A program made the position numbers and the translations under genes. Positions 1 to 8,539 of a stretch of DNA of 64,000 nucleotides are shown piece after piece. Every line of letters starts with the position of its first letter. Position 1 is the first letter of the stretch. A model generated the notes under the pieces. That model did no database searches, was not told where the DNA came from, and saw only the letters and a list, made by a program, of their open reading frames with translations. Source of the stretch: Candidatus Micrarchaeota archaeon (lineage in GTDB: Archaea > Micrarchaeota > Micrarchaeia > Micrarchaeales > CABMGC01); NCBI GenBank assembly GCA_028866995.1, contig JAGWHD010000001.1, forward strand, positions 256,183 through 320,182, in the 5' to 3' direction.

Positions 1-240
1 GACTATGCGGCCACTGCCACAGCGGTCTCGTATTCTACGACCGCTGCGATGAGCTTCATCTGGGTGCCTTTCATAGGCAGTCTGATAGCGCTGTGGGCCG
101 TAGTGGTGGAGGTGCTGGCACTTGCGAACCAGCAGGGAATAAGCTGGGTCAAGTCGCTGGGAGTCCTTATAGCGTGTGTTGTGATTCCGATAGCAGTCGT
201 GCTTGTAGCTGCCTTCGCCATAGGTTTTGCACTAGGTTAG
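1..240 (+). CDS. Yip1-family membrane protein, 3' part (truncated by window edge)
   Basis: Frame is open from base 1 (DYAATATAVSYSTTAAMSFIWVPFIGSLIALWAVVVEVLALANQQGISWVKSLG), resembling the Yip1 C-terminal pattern. Confidence 0.6.
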   Translation, partial: DYAATATAVSYSTTAAMSFIWVPFIGSLIALWAVVVEVLALANQQGISWVKSLGVLIACVVIPIAVVLVAAFAIGFALG

Positions 241-452
241 CAGCAATCGGAGCGTCACCGAGGTCCTGGCCCTTAGATGCGTTGCCTGTTTTTGGGCCTT
301 TTTGTGCCCTATTTTGTCGTCGTGGAGAGGGTATGGGACAGTTCGCATTATAAACCCGTTTAAAAAGCTTCCTGACTCACATTAATATAGGAGGAGCGAC
401 CATAAGAGTATATCGTGGGTTTCGGACGGACGGGATTGGGTTGGTGATGTAA

Positions 453-1253
453 ATGGATAGGGTTAGAACCGGCATTGGAGGATTCGATGGGTTGGTCGAG
501 GGAGGGTTCCCGGCAGGCTCAAACATACTGCTTACCGGGTTGCCAGGTACTGGAAAGACGATTTTCGCTTTGCAGTACCTGTACAACGGAGCAATGAACG
601 GCGAGAACGGGATATACGTCACCCTTGACGAGTCCTTCGAGATGATTAAGGAGCAGGCGAAGCAGTTCGGATGGGACTTCGACAAGCTGGAGGCCGAAGG
701 CAAGGTGGCCTTCATAAGCGTGAGGCTGGGAAGGACCAAGCTAGACATATTCGACCAGATACGTGAAGCAAGGGACAAGGTGAACGCTAAGAGGCTGGTT
801 TTCGATAACCTTGCCACATACGCGGTGAACCTTGACCTCTTCACGATACCTGTTGGATATGCAGGAAGCATAGCCTCTACGGTGGAGATGACTGCGAGAG
901 GCATAGAGAGCGGCGGCAACCTGCTCGCGGAGAAGGGCGACAAGATATACTATACAGGGAACATGGAGAAGAGGCTGATATACCTGATAGTCGAGCATCT
1001 CTCGAGGCTCGGAACGACGAATCTGGTGCTGACTTACGGCAACCCGGACCTCAACCAGCTTACCATAGACGGGGTCAGCGAGTTCGCTTGCGACGGCATA
1101 GTCGAGATGTTCAACCAGTTGGTAGGGGCGAAGCACGTCAGGACCATAACTGTCATGAAGATGAGGAACACGAAGCAGAGCCCTTACATCAATGACCTTG
1201 AGATAACGGGCCAGGGATTGGTCGTGAAGCCTGTGGAGAAGGTATACGGATAG
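453..1253 (+). CDS. KaiC/RAD55-like single-domain RecA-superfamily ATPase
   Basis: RVRTGIGGFDGLVEGGFP, Walker A GLPGTGKT, Walker B RLVFDN, C-terminal VMKMRNT. Confidence 0.92.
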   Translation: MDRVRTGIGGFDGLVEGGFPAGSNILLTGLPGTGKTIFALQYLYNGAMNGENGIYVTLDESFEMIKEQAKQFGWDFDKLEAEGKVAFISVRLGRTKLDIFDQIREARDKVNAKRLVFDNLATYAVNLDLFTIPVGYAGSIASTVEMTARGIESGGNLLAEKGDKIYYTGNMEKRLIYLIVEHLSRLGTTNLVLTYGNPDLNQLTIDGVSEFACDGIVEMFNQLVGAKHVRTITVMKMRNTKQSPYINDLEITGQGLVVKPVEKVYG

Positions 1254-1285
1254 AGCCAGAGCTTCAGCGGGTTTGGTGGTTGGGG

Positions 1286-1831
1286 ATGAACATATTCGAG
1301 AGGTTACTACTTTCAAGGGAGGTGACCCTGAGAGAGGGGGAGATTACGCTAGACAATCAGAGAGTGCTGATGTTCCCCGTGAATTTCATAGCCTCTTATA
1401 CGCTTAAGCTTGCGAATAACGAGGCCGAGGGAAGGAAGCTGTACGAGATAATGAAAAAAGGCATGTACGACTTCTCCATACCAATAGGCAAGGAGTATGG
1501 CCTTTCGTACAAGGACTTTCTTGACAGATGGATAAAGTACAACGCGTTTGCAGGGTGGGGGATGGTGGAATACAAGGTGATCGACGCAGACGCAGCTCAC
1601 GGGTTCCTGACCTACAAGAACCTTACGCTGCACCTGTATCTGAAGAGCAAGGACGTGAGGAAGCATTCCGACAGGCTGCTGGAGGGCATAATAGCGGGGG
1701 CGCTGTCCAGCACGTTCAAAGTAGACATAGACGCTGTTGAAACGCAGTGCGTCTGCTCAGGAAACGATGTGTGCGTATTCCATTGGGGGCCCAAGGACTA
1801 CCTTAGGAAAGAGTTCCCAGGTCTGATATGA
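1286..1831 (+). CDS. V4R-domain protein
   Basis: FAGWG motif, GIIAGALS, and V4R signature VETQCVCSGNDVCVF; ATG at 1286 (track uses TTG at 1280). Confidence 0.8.
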   Translation: MNIFERLLLSREVTLREGEITLDNQRVLMFPVNFIASYTLKLANNEAEGRKLYEIMKKGMYDFSIPIGKEYGLSYKDFLDRWIKYNAFAGWGMVEYKVIDADAAHGFLTYKNLTLHLYLKSKDVRKHSDRLLEGIIAGALSSTFKVDIDAVETQCVCSGNDVCVFHWGPKDYLRKEFPGLI

Positions 1832-1844
1832 CAGGTGTTTGCAA

Positions 1845-2393
1845 ATGAATTTCTTTGAAATGCTGATAATGAGCAGGAAGATGGCGTTCCAGGACGGAAC
1901 GGTTACCCTGTACGGGGAAAACGTGCTCATCTTCCCCGCTCCGAGCATAATAAAGTACATATGCCTGACAGGCACAGACCCTAAGAACGCGAAGGAGCTG
2001 TACCACATGGCAAAGGAATCTATCCTCGAACGCAGGGGCAACATCAACAGCACCGGCAATTCGGAGGCTGATGTCTCTTGGGTGATAGATACGGTGAACC
2101 TGTATGGGCTTGGCAAGCTGCATTACCAGGAAACCGCAGGCACGGCGCCTGCAGGGATAATAATAGTGGAGAATTCACCTTTCTCGAATAGCCCTGACTG
2201 CATGGTCGGTGCACCGATGGACCACATACTGCGTGGCATACTGGCAGGCATGGCCTCGGCGGTCTTTAACAAGGAACTTGAAGCAGTTGAGACCGAGTGT
2301 AGGGTAGTAGGAAGCAGCGTGTGCAAGATTGCGCTCGATACCAAGGAAAACCTGATGAAGAGGTATCCTGCCATGTACAAAGCGCAGACATGA
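1845..2393 (+). CDS. V4R-domain protein (paralog of upstream gene)
   Basis: NLYGLG, VENSPF, GILAGMAS, VETECRVVGSSVCKI; same MNxFExLxxSR start as the neighbour. Confidence 0.8.
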   Translation: MNFFEMLIMSRKMAFQDGTVTLYGENVLIFPAPSIIKYICLTGTDPKNAKELYHMAKESILERRGNINSTGNSEADVSWVIDTVNLYGLGKLHYQETAGTAPAGIIIVENSPFSNSPDCMVGAPMDHILRGILAGMASAVFNKELEAVETECRVVGSSVCKIALDTKENLMKRYPAMYKAQT

Positions 2394-2406
2394 TGCGGAT
2401 CCTGCG

Positions 2407-3381
2407 CTACCAGGTGTCGACCTTCATCTCATAGGCCTTCTCTATATACTCCCTTTCCTTAAGGAACCTTTCCATGTCCACGGACTTTATCTCGTTGGCT
2501 ATCTCCTTTATCAGCTGGTAGTAGTCCTGCCATTCCCTGATTATCTTCTCCTCGAACCTCGGGTAGCGGCTTTCGCGCTTGAGCAGCTTGTTGAGCTTGA
2601 AGGTTATTCCGCCCTCCCTCTGCTTTATGAACTTGAGGACTGCCTCGCTGGACATATCAGATTCTAGGAGCTCTCTCGGATACGTGCCCAAAAGGTTCCC
2701 TATCCTTGCCATTTTCTGGGAGATGTAGTTGAGCTGCCTCAGCATTCCTAGCTCGGCTTCATTGAAACCTTTGGAGCACATGAGGTCCAGGTCCATCTGG
2801 ATCATTATCTGCATGCCGTGCGGTATGTAGGCCTCGTTCTCTATCACGTTTGCTGTCTTCTCGTCCTCGTTCACGAATTTGCTGTACCTAAGGGCGTTGA
2901 GCAGCTGCATGACGTCGAAATTGAAGGCCTTCTCGTACCTCTCGTAGTGGGGGTACTTCTTTATGACCCCCATCAGGTCGTTTTCCCATATGTCTTTGGT
3001 CACTTCAAGGTATGATACCTCATTCGCACTCAGCTTTGACCTGTCTATGTGGCCTGAGTCAAATGGTATCTTCATCAGCTCGTCGAACAGCTTGAAGTTG
3101 CGGGTATCCGCGTTGTCAACGAGGTCGTCAAGCAGGACCTCCCACAGCGCGAATTCGGTCTTTATGATTGCGAGCGAGCCCAGGTATTGGGGTTCTACTG
3201 TCGATAGGCTGCAGTTCTCAAGGACGCGCAGGGTCCAGTCGAACATGCTCACATCCCTTCTGCCTATCCTTGCATACTTGTCTACAGTAGTCGACATCTG
3301 TTTTATGAGCTCCTCGTGCTTCGCCACGGTCTCCGGTCGTAGTACAGTCGAAGGAAAGCCCTCATCAGGATATCGTTTCAT
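2407..3381 (-). CDS. Class I terpene synthase / isoprenoid-synthase-fold protein
   Basis: Asp-rich motif LLDDLVDN and NSE/DTE-like motif RIGNLLGTYPRE; helical composition; ATG at 3381 preceded by GGAGTGG. Confidence 0.7.
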   Translation of the reverse strand: MKRYPDEGFPSTVLRPETVAKHEELIKQMSTTVDKYARIGRRDVSMFDWTLRVLENCSLSTVEPQYLGSLAIIKTEFALWEVLLDDLVDNADTRNFKLFDELMKIPFDSGHIDRSKLSANEVSYLEVTKDIWENDLMGVIKKYPHYERYEKAFNFDVMQLLNALRYSKFVNEDEKTANVIENEAYIPHGMQIMIQMDLDLMCSKGFNEAELGMLRQLNYISQKMARIGNLLGTYPRELLESDMSSEAVLKFIKQREGGITFKLNKLLKRESRYPRFEEKIIREWQDYYQLIKEIANEIKSVDMERFLKEREYIEKAYEMKVDTW

Positions 3382-3502
3382 AGTTCCCACTCCGGTTTGG
3401 CAGCTAAGAGCCGCACAATAACGCACCCTCCCATTCGTATATATTGTATCGTAACACATATAAAAATCATAATCATACTCTATAAAAACACAAGGCGATT
3501 AT

Positions 3503-3907
3503 TTGAGGTTCGGGAACCTGTGGAGGGAGATAGTGCTAGGGATATTCTTCCTTGACGGCATTTACGCGTCGCTGCAGGTCAGCCCTCTCGCGACGGCCTT
3601 CGGGATCCTGGACAACAGCACAGCCACCCTGGACCGTGCGATGGGGCTGCAGGTGCTGAGGACATCTACGATATACCTGTACGTCTCCATCGGCGCTGAG
3701 GCGCTGGGGATAGTGATAGGGATCGTCGTTGCCGGGATCCTCGGGCTCATAGCCATAGCGCTTGCGTACGCGTCAGGGTACATGCTGCTTTCCTATCCGT
3801 TGCTGGGCATAGCGCTCTTCGTGCTCTCGGCGATACTCCTCTTCGTGGGGCACAGGGGGAAGAGGAAGAGAGCAGAGGAAAGGAGGAAGGCTGCGAAGGG
3901 ATTGTGA
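3503..3907 (+). CDS. Hypothetical membrane protein
   Basis: Several hydrophobic segments and a basic C-terminal tail. Confidence 0.6.
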   Translation: MRFGNLWREIVLGIFFLDGIYASLQVSPLATAFGILDNSTATLDRAMGLQVLRTSTIYLYVSIGAEALGIVIGIVVAGILGLIAIALAYASGYMLLSYPLLGIALFVLSAILLFVGHRGKRKRAEERRKAAKGL

Positions 3908-3947
3908 AAACTCTTTAAGCTTTTGGTGAGAGATTCTCTTGATTGCT

Positions 3948-4466
3948 ATGGAGAGGAGAAACGGGATAGCGAGAATGGGGATTGCGGCTCTGGACAGGGT
4001 TCTCGGCTTTGAGGATGCTTACGCGCACTGCGACATACCCTGCGGCATATACGATCCGCACATGGCGCAGCTTTCGGCGCACACGGTCATAAGGATGATA
4101 GACCTGGCAAGCGCGCTCCCTACGGATCCCTCGAAGATAACGGCCGAGGACAGGGAGAAGTTCGTGAGGTACGTGCATGTCAAGGAGGAGCACGCGGCAA
4201 CGGTCAAGGACGAGGTCAGGATAATATGGGGGGACTACTTCAAGCCAGAGCACATAAAGGCGCACCCAGAGCTGCACGAGCTGGTCTGGAACATAATGAA
4301 AGGGGGATCCAAGGCGAAGCAGACGCTCGACATCAAGGCAGCGGAGGAGCTTCTGGAGAACGTGCAGAGGTTCGCCGAGATATTCTGGGAGACGAAGAAC
4401 GTCAAGACCAAGAGGGCCAAGTCCTTCTACCCGACAGAGAGGACATTCGTGTATCCGCAGGTATAG
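3948..4466 (+). CDS. sodN: Nickel superoxide dismutase precursor
   Basis: Ni-hook HCDIPCGIYDP after a leader ending AYA; IIWGDYFKPEH; FAEIFWETK. Confidence 0.95.
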   Translation: MERRNGIARMGIAALDRVLGFEDAYAHCDIPCGIYDPHMAQLSAHTVIRMIDLASALPTDPSKITAEDREKFVRYVHVKEEHAATVKDEVRIIWGDYFKPEHIKAHPELHELVWNIMKGGSKAKQTLDIKAAEELLENVQRFAEIFWETKNVKTKRAKSFYPTERTFVYPQV

Positions 4467-4468
4467 GC

Positions 4469-4753
4469 GTGCTCCCGATAAAGATATACAGGGTAAGGAG
4501 CAGGAGCATGGAGCCGGCATTGCGCGAGGGCGACTACGTGATAGTTAGGGCATGGAGGGGCGGTATCAAGGATGGCGATGTTGTGATACTGAGGCATCCG
4601 CTGAAAAACATGTCCTTGGTGAAAAGGGTTAAATGGATTGACAGCAAGAGCGTGTATGCGGTCGGTGACAACGGCGCTGAGAGCGAGGACAGCAGGACAT
4701 TGGGACCGTTTGACGTCAGCAGCATAATGGGCAAGGTGCTCTTCTCTGTATGA
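4469..4753 (+). CDS. sodX: Ni-SOD maturation peptidase (S26/S24 family)
   Basis: SMEPALREGD, VKRV, GDN..SEDSR..G motifs; GTG start just after the sodN stop. Confidence 0.88.
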   Translation: MLPIKIYRVRSRSMEPALREGDYVIVRAWRGGIKDGDVVILRHPLKNMSLVKRVKWIDSKSVYAVGDNGAESEDSRTLGPFDVSSIMGKVLFSV

Positions 4754-4771
4754 CGCTTTGTAGATGATGGC

Positions 4772-5941
4772 ATGCATGGAATAGAATGGGAGCTCAGGTT
4801 CCTTAAGGAGATGGTAGCGATGCCGACTGTTGCTGGGGATGACGATGCTTACAGGAGGATGGAGAAGTTCCTAGTATCTGCATGCAGGAGGTTGGGCGGC
4901 AAGGTCAAGGTAATAGACCCCATGAGGGATGGCAAGTCGAAGGTGCCGAAGCCGAACATCATAGCGGATTTCGACTACGGCAAGGACAAGACGGTTGTGC
5001 TCAACTGCCATTACGACGTCGTGCCTTCAGGCGACGGATGGAGGAGCAACCCGTTCAGGATGCTTACTAAAAGCGGCAAGGTATACGGCAGGGGCACGTG
5101 CGATGACAAGGGGCCTTTGGCGCTGTCTGTGGGGCTTGTCCGCGAGATGAACTCGGCAAAGAGGCGCAACTACAACATCAGGCTCATGCTTACATGCGAC
5201 GAGGAGGTCGGGAGCGAGCTCGGCCTCAAGTACGTGATAGGCAGGACAAGGGTCAAGGACATAGACCTCGCGATAGTCATGGACGCGCACAGGGTGCCGA
5301 TAGCGGGATGCAGCGGCGTGGTCCAGGGAAGGTTCATGATAAAAGGGCTGCAGTGGCACGCAGGAGAGGACTGGAGGGGCAGGAACGCGATACTTGACGG
5401 GATGAGGTTCATAGGCGCGATGCAGGGATTCAAGAGGATAAGGGCAAGGCACCTTTCGAGGCTCGAGCTGTCAGAGACCGATGCGCCGTACAGGAAGGTG
5501 TTCGGGAGGTTCAACATAACCAAGGTCAAGAGCGGCCATGCGCCGAACGTGATGCCGGGGGAGTTCGAGGCAACGTTCGACATGAGGCTCATACCGGAAG
5601 AGGATCCGGATGCAGCGATAGGGGAGCTGAAGCGGTACGTGAAGAAGGTCGAGAACAGGACAGGGATAAAGGTCCCGTTTGAGATAACGATGAAGTCGAG
5701 CGGTTATTCCACAGACCTCAAGAACGGGCTTGTCAGGAAATTCATAAAGGCTGACAACGCCAGCAAGGCCTATGGCACGTGGGGAGGGCTTGACGGCAGG
5801 TTCTTCGCCGAGAAGAGAATACCGACGATTGCCTACGGCATACCGTTGGGCAACAGCACAGACCATGCGGCCAACGAGTACGTGGTGCTGAAGGACATGC
5901 AGAAGGCGAAGGAGACTCTAGTGCGCTTCGCTATGGGCTAG
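4772..5941 (+). CDS. M20 family metallopeptidase (ArgE/DapE-like)
   Basis: HYDVVP, YGRGTCDDKG, DEEVGS, HAANEYV. Confidence 0.92.
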   Translation: MHGIEWELRFLKEMVAMPTVAGDDDAYRRMEKFLVSACRRLGGKVKVIDPMRDGKSKVPKPNIIADFDYGKDKTVVLNCHYDVVPSGDGWRSNPFRMLTKSGKVYGRGTCDDKGPLALSVGLVREMNSAKRRNYNIRLMLTCDEEVGSELGLKYVIGRTRVKDIDLAIVMDAHRVPIAGCSGVVQGRFMIKGLQWHAGEDWRGRNAILDGMRFIGAMQGFKRIRARHLSRLELSETDAPYRKVFGRFNITKVKSGHAPNVMPGEFEATFDMRLIPEEDPDAAIGELKRYVKKVENRTGIKVPFEITMKSSGYSTDLKNGLVRKFIKADNASKAYGTWGGLDGRFFAEKRIPTIAYGIPLGNSTDHAANEYVVLKDMQKAKETLVRFAMG

Positions 5942-5965
5942 CATCAAACAAGGTTCGGAGAGGGA

Positions 5966-7249
5966 TTATCTCTTGACCTTTCTCTGCGAGTTTATGTGGG
6001 CCTGCAGATCGTCCCTGAGGCCAGGCATGTTGCGCTTTACCTCGTGGAGCAGCACCTTCTTTGCCCTTACAGCCGTATCCTCGGCAAGGTCTATCCACTT
6101 CTTGCCCTGGCCGTTCCTGAAGTAAGCCCTGAGCTCGTCGGCCTCATCCCCTTCTATCGCGCCGAACTGCCTCCTCCTCTCAGCGAGGTCATGCAGGCCT
6201 CTGTCCTTGCCCTGGAATCCTATCATCTCTATCAGGTACTCGGCGCGCTCCTCAAGGTGGCCCCTGCCCTCTATGCCGGGGAGCACGAAGATCGCAGGAT
6301 TAACACCGGGCATCTTCTCTATCACGCCGTTCCTGACGAATGAGTATTTCACGTTGGTGCTGACGGCTTCGAGGCCTATCACAAGGGGTATAAGGTCGAA
6401 GATCACGTTCTTCCCTTCTGCTGTCACCACATGCCTAGGTATGCTGCCCTCGATCAGCCAGTTCTCAAGGTTCGTGTTTCCGAGGCCGTCAACGAAGTTG
6501 TCGATATCTGCCCTGTCCCTTATTATAGTGACACCTACCGCCCTTCCGCCGACCTTGTCGGGCTTGGCTACCACTGTGCCGTGCTGCTCGAGCATCGCGG
6601 CCAGCTTCTCCCTTACAATTGAATGCTCCTCCCTGTCGTTGATGACTATGTGGTCGGGAACGTTAAGGCCAGCTGCCTTCATCTTCCCGTAGAGGCCGGA
6701 CTTGGTCATGAGCGTGTTTAGCTGCATGTTCGCGGGGCACCAGCACGCTGTGGGCCAGTTGACCCACGAGCCGGTGAGCGTAGGCTCCAGCTCGGGGGTG
6801 TTGTTCATTATCCTGAACAGCTTCCTGAGGTCTGAGTCAAGCTTCTCCCTGTTGCTCATGGCCTCGAAGTCCCTGTAGTAGAATATCTGCGTAGGCTCGT
6901 TCCTGAAGGTGAAGGCGCCCTTGTTCACGTCCATGCCCCCAAGGCCGTAAGCGACCGTTGTCTCTTCGGCACCGGCCAGCCCCACAAGGTACTTCAGCGT
7001 AAGGTCGTATATTGTCCCGAAGTTCAGCTCCGGCCAGGAGGTGCTTCCAGCTATGTGGACTCTCTGCCCTCCCAGGAGCGCCTGGGTCTCCCTCACGAAC
7101 GCGGCCTCGACTGCCTCCCTCTTGTTGAGGAGGTGCACCGAATAGCCCTCCTGGAACCTGTTGAAGTCAACAACGTACGCCTTGCCATCTGCTCCTATTA
7201 CAACATCGACGCTGGCCTGAAGCAGCGCGTTTGAGGGTATGTCCACCAT
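5966..7249 (-). CDS. Circularly permuted ATP-grasp amide ligase
   Basis: N-terminal SVDVVIGADGKAYVVDFN (normally the C-terminal ATP-grasp motif), then TKSGLY, VVAKPDKVGGRAVG, WLIEGSI, FDLIPLVIG. Confidence 0.65.
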   Translation of the reverse strand: MVDIPSNALLQASVDVVIGADGKAYVVDFNRFQEGYSVHLLNKREAVEAAFVRETQALLGGQRVHIAGSTSWPELNFGTIYDLTLKYLVGLAGAEETTVAYGLGGMDVNKGAFTFRNEPTQIFYYRDFEAMSNREKLDSDLRKLFRIMNNTPELEPTLTGSWVNWPTACWCPANMQLNTLMTKSGLYGKMKAAGLNVPDHIVINDREEHSIVREKLAAMLEQHGTVVAKPDKVGGRAVGVTIIRDRADIDNFVDGLGNTNLENWLIEGSIPRHVVTAEGKNVIFDLIPLVIGLEAVSTNVKYSFVRNGVIEKMPGVNPAIFVLPGIEGRGHLEERAEYLIEMIGFQGKDRGLHDLAERRRQFGAIEGDEADELRAYFRNGQGKKWIDLAEDTAVRAKKVLLHEVKRNMPGLRDDLQAHINSQRKVKR

Positions 7250-7400
7250 CGTCTCACTCTACATATAAGTGCAGGGATGTGGAAATGGCTCATATATAAA
7301 GCATTTGTATGGCACATGGCTTATGACGATTAAGCCTTTAAGGCGCGCCAATTAGATATTTTTATATACTTTAACTGAACATTAGAAAGCACGTGTTTTC

Positions 7401-7928
7401 ATGAAGCTAAGACCCGCACGCTCAGTCAGGAGCATACACAGCCAGGCATGGGCCAGGTACTCGGTGAAGAAGCCGAAGAAGAACTACATCAAGGCGCTTC
7501 CGCACACCAGCCTATTGATATTCAACATGGGAGTGGAGAAGCCGACATACGACCTCAAGCTCACCCTTGACTCGCACCAGTACGTGCAGATCAGGAGCAA
7601 CGCCCTTGAATCCGCAAGGCAGGTTGCTAACAAGTTCCTCGAGAAGAGCCTTGCCACTGACTACTCCTTCAGGATACTCACCTACCCGCACAACGTCATA
7701 CGCGAGAAGAAGAGGGCGACAGGCGCAGGAGCGGACAGGATCTCGCAGGGTATGAGCCTCTCCTTCGGGAGCCCTTCATCGCTCGCAGCGAGGATAAAGG
7801 CGGGCCAGTCGGTCCTCATGGTAAAGACCCTGAGCGCCAACAGGAAGGTAGCTGAAGAGGCGCTGCACAGGGCCGCATCGAAGCTCTCAGGCACCTATTC
7901 GATAGTAAAGACGCCGATAGCGCGCTGA
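7401..7928 (+). CDS. rpl10e: 50S ribosomal protein uL16 (L10e)
   Basis: QIRSNALESAR, YPHNVIREKK, GAGADRISQGM. Confidence 0.97.
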   Translation: MKLRPARSVRSIHSQAWARYSVKKPKKNYIKALPHTSLLIFNMGVEKPTYDLKLTLDSHQYVQIRSNALESARQVANKFLEKSLATDYSFRILTYPHNVIREKKRATGAGADRISQGMSLSFGSPSSLAARIKAGQSVLMVKTLSANRKVAEEALHRAASKLSGTYSIVKTPIAR

Positions 7929-7944
7929 TGGCTGCTGAAGCGCC

Positions 7945-8469
7945 TTACTGCATCTCCTCGTACGCCTCTGTTACCCTGTTTATGCTGATGACAAGCCAGG
8001 GCGAGAACTTCTTAGGGTCCTTTGATATCTCCTTCTTCAGCTCCGGCAGGCTTATCCACTTCCAGTCACCCACCTCCTTGGGATCGGGCTTCGGCTCCTT
8101 GTCGTAGAAGCCGAAGAATACATGGTCGTACTCGTGCTCAGTGAGCCCCTCGCCCACATCTGCCCTGTACGTGAAATGGAATGCCTCCTTGAGGTTGCAG
8201 TCGAAGCCCATCTCCTCCTTGAGCCTCCTCCTTGCAGCTGTTATCGTAGCCTCGTTCGGGTACGGGTGGGAGCAGCAGGTGTTGCTCCATATGTTCTTTG
8301 CGCTGTGCTTGGTCTCTGCCCTCTTCTGCAGCATGGTCTCGCCCTTGCTGTTGAAGACAAATACAGAGAATGCGCGATGGAGCCTGCCACCGTTCTGGTG
8401 CGCCTTGATCTTCTCCTCCGTGCCTATCTGGTTGTCGTTCTCGTCTACAAGTATGACGTTTGTGACCAT
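7945..8469 (-). CDS. idi: Type 1 isopentenyl-diphosphate delta-isomerase
   Basis: LVDEND, LHRAFSVFVFN, WSNTCCSHP, EHEYDHVF, FSPW. Confidence 0.95.
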   Translation of the reverse strand: MVTNVILVDENDNQIGTEEKIKAHQNGGRLHRAFSVFVFNSKGETMLQKRAETKHSAKNIWSNTCCSHPYPNEATITAARRRLKEEMGFDCNLKEAFHFTYRADVGEGLTEHEYDHVFFGFYDKEPKPDPKEVGDWKWISLPELKKEISKDPKKFSPWLVISINRVTEAYEEMQ

Positions 8470-8539
8470 GTTTAGATATTCCAAGAAAAGCATAAATAGG
8501 TGCCATGGGCATACGTTGTATATCTAATGCTTGATCAAC

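Noticed and set aside
385-452. AGGAGG followed by a short ATA-initiated frame ending just before the KaiC start
   Set aside because: Non-canonical start and very short; cannot be distinguished from chance.
453-1253. KaiC as a circadian clock component
   Set aside because: Single-domain protein with no kaiA or kaiB nearby; such ATPases are common in archaea.
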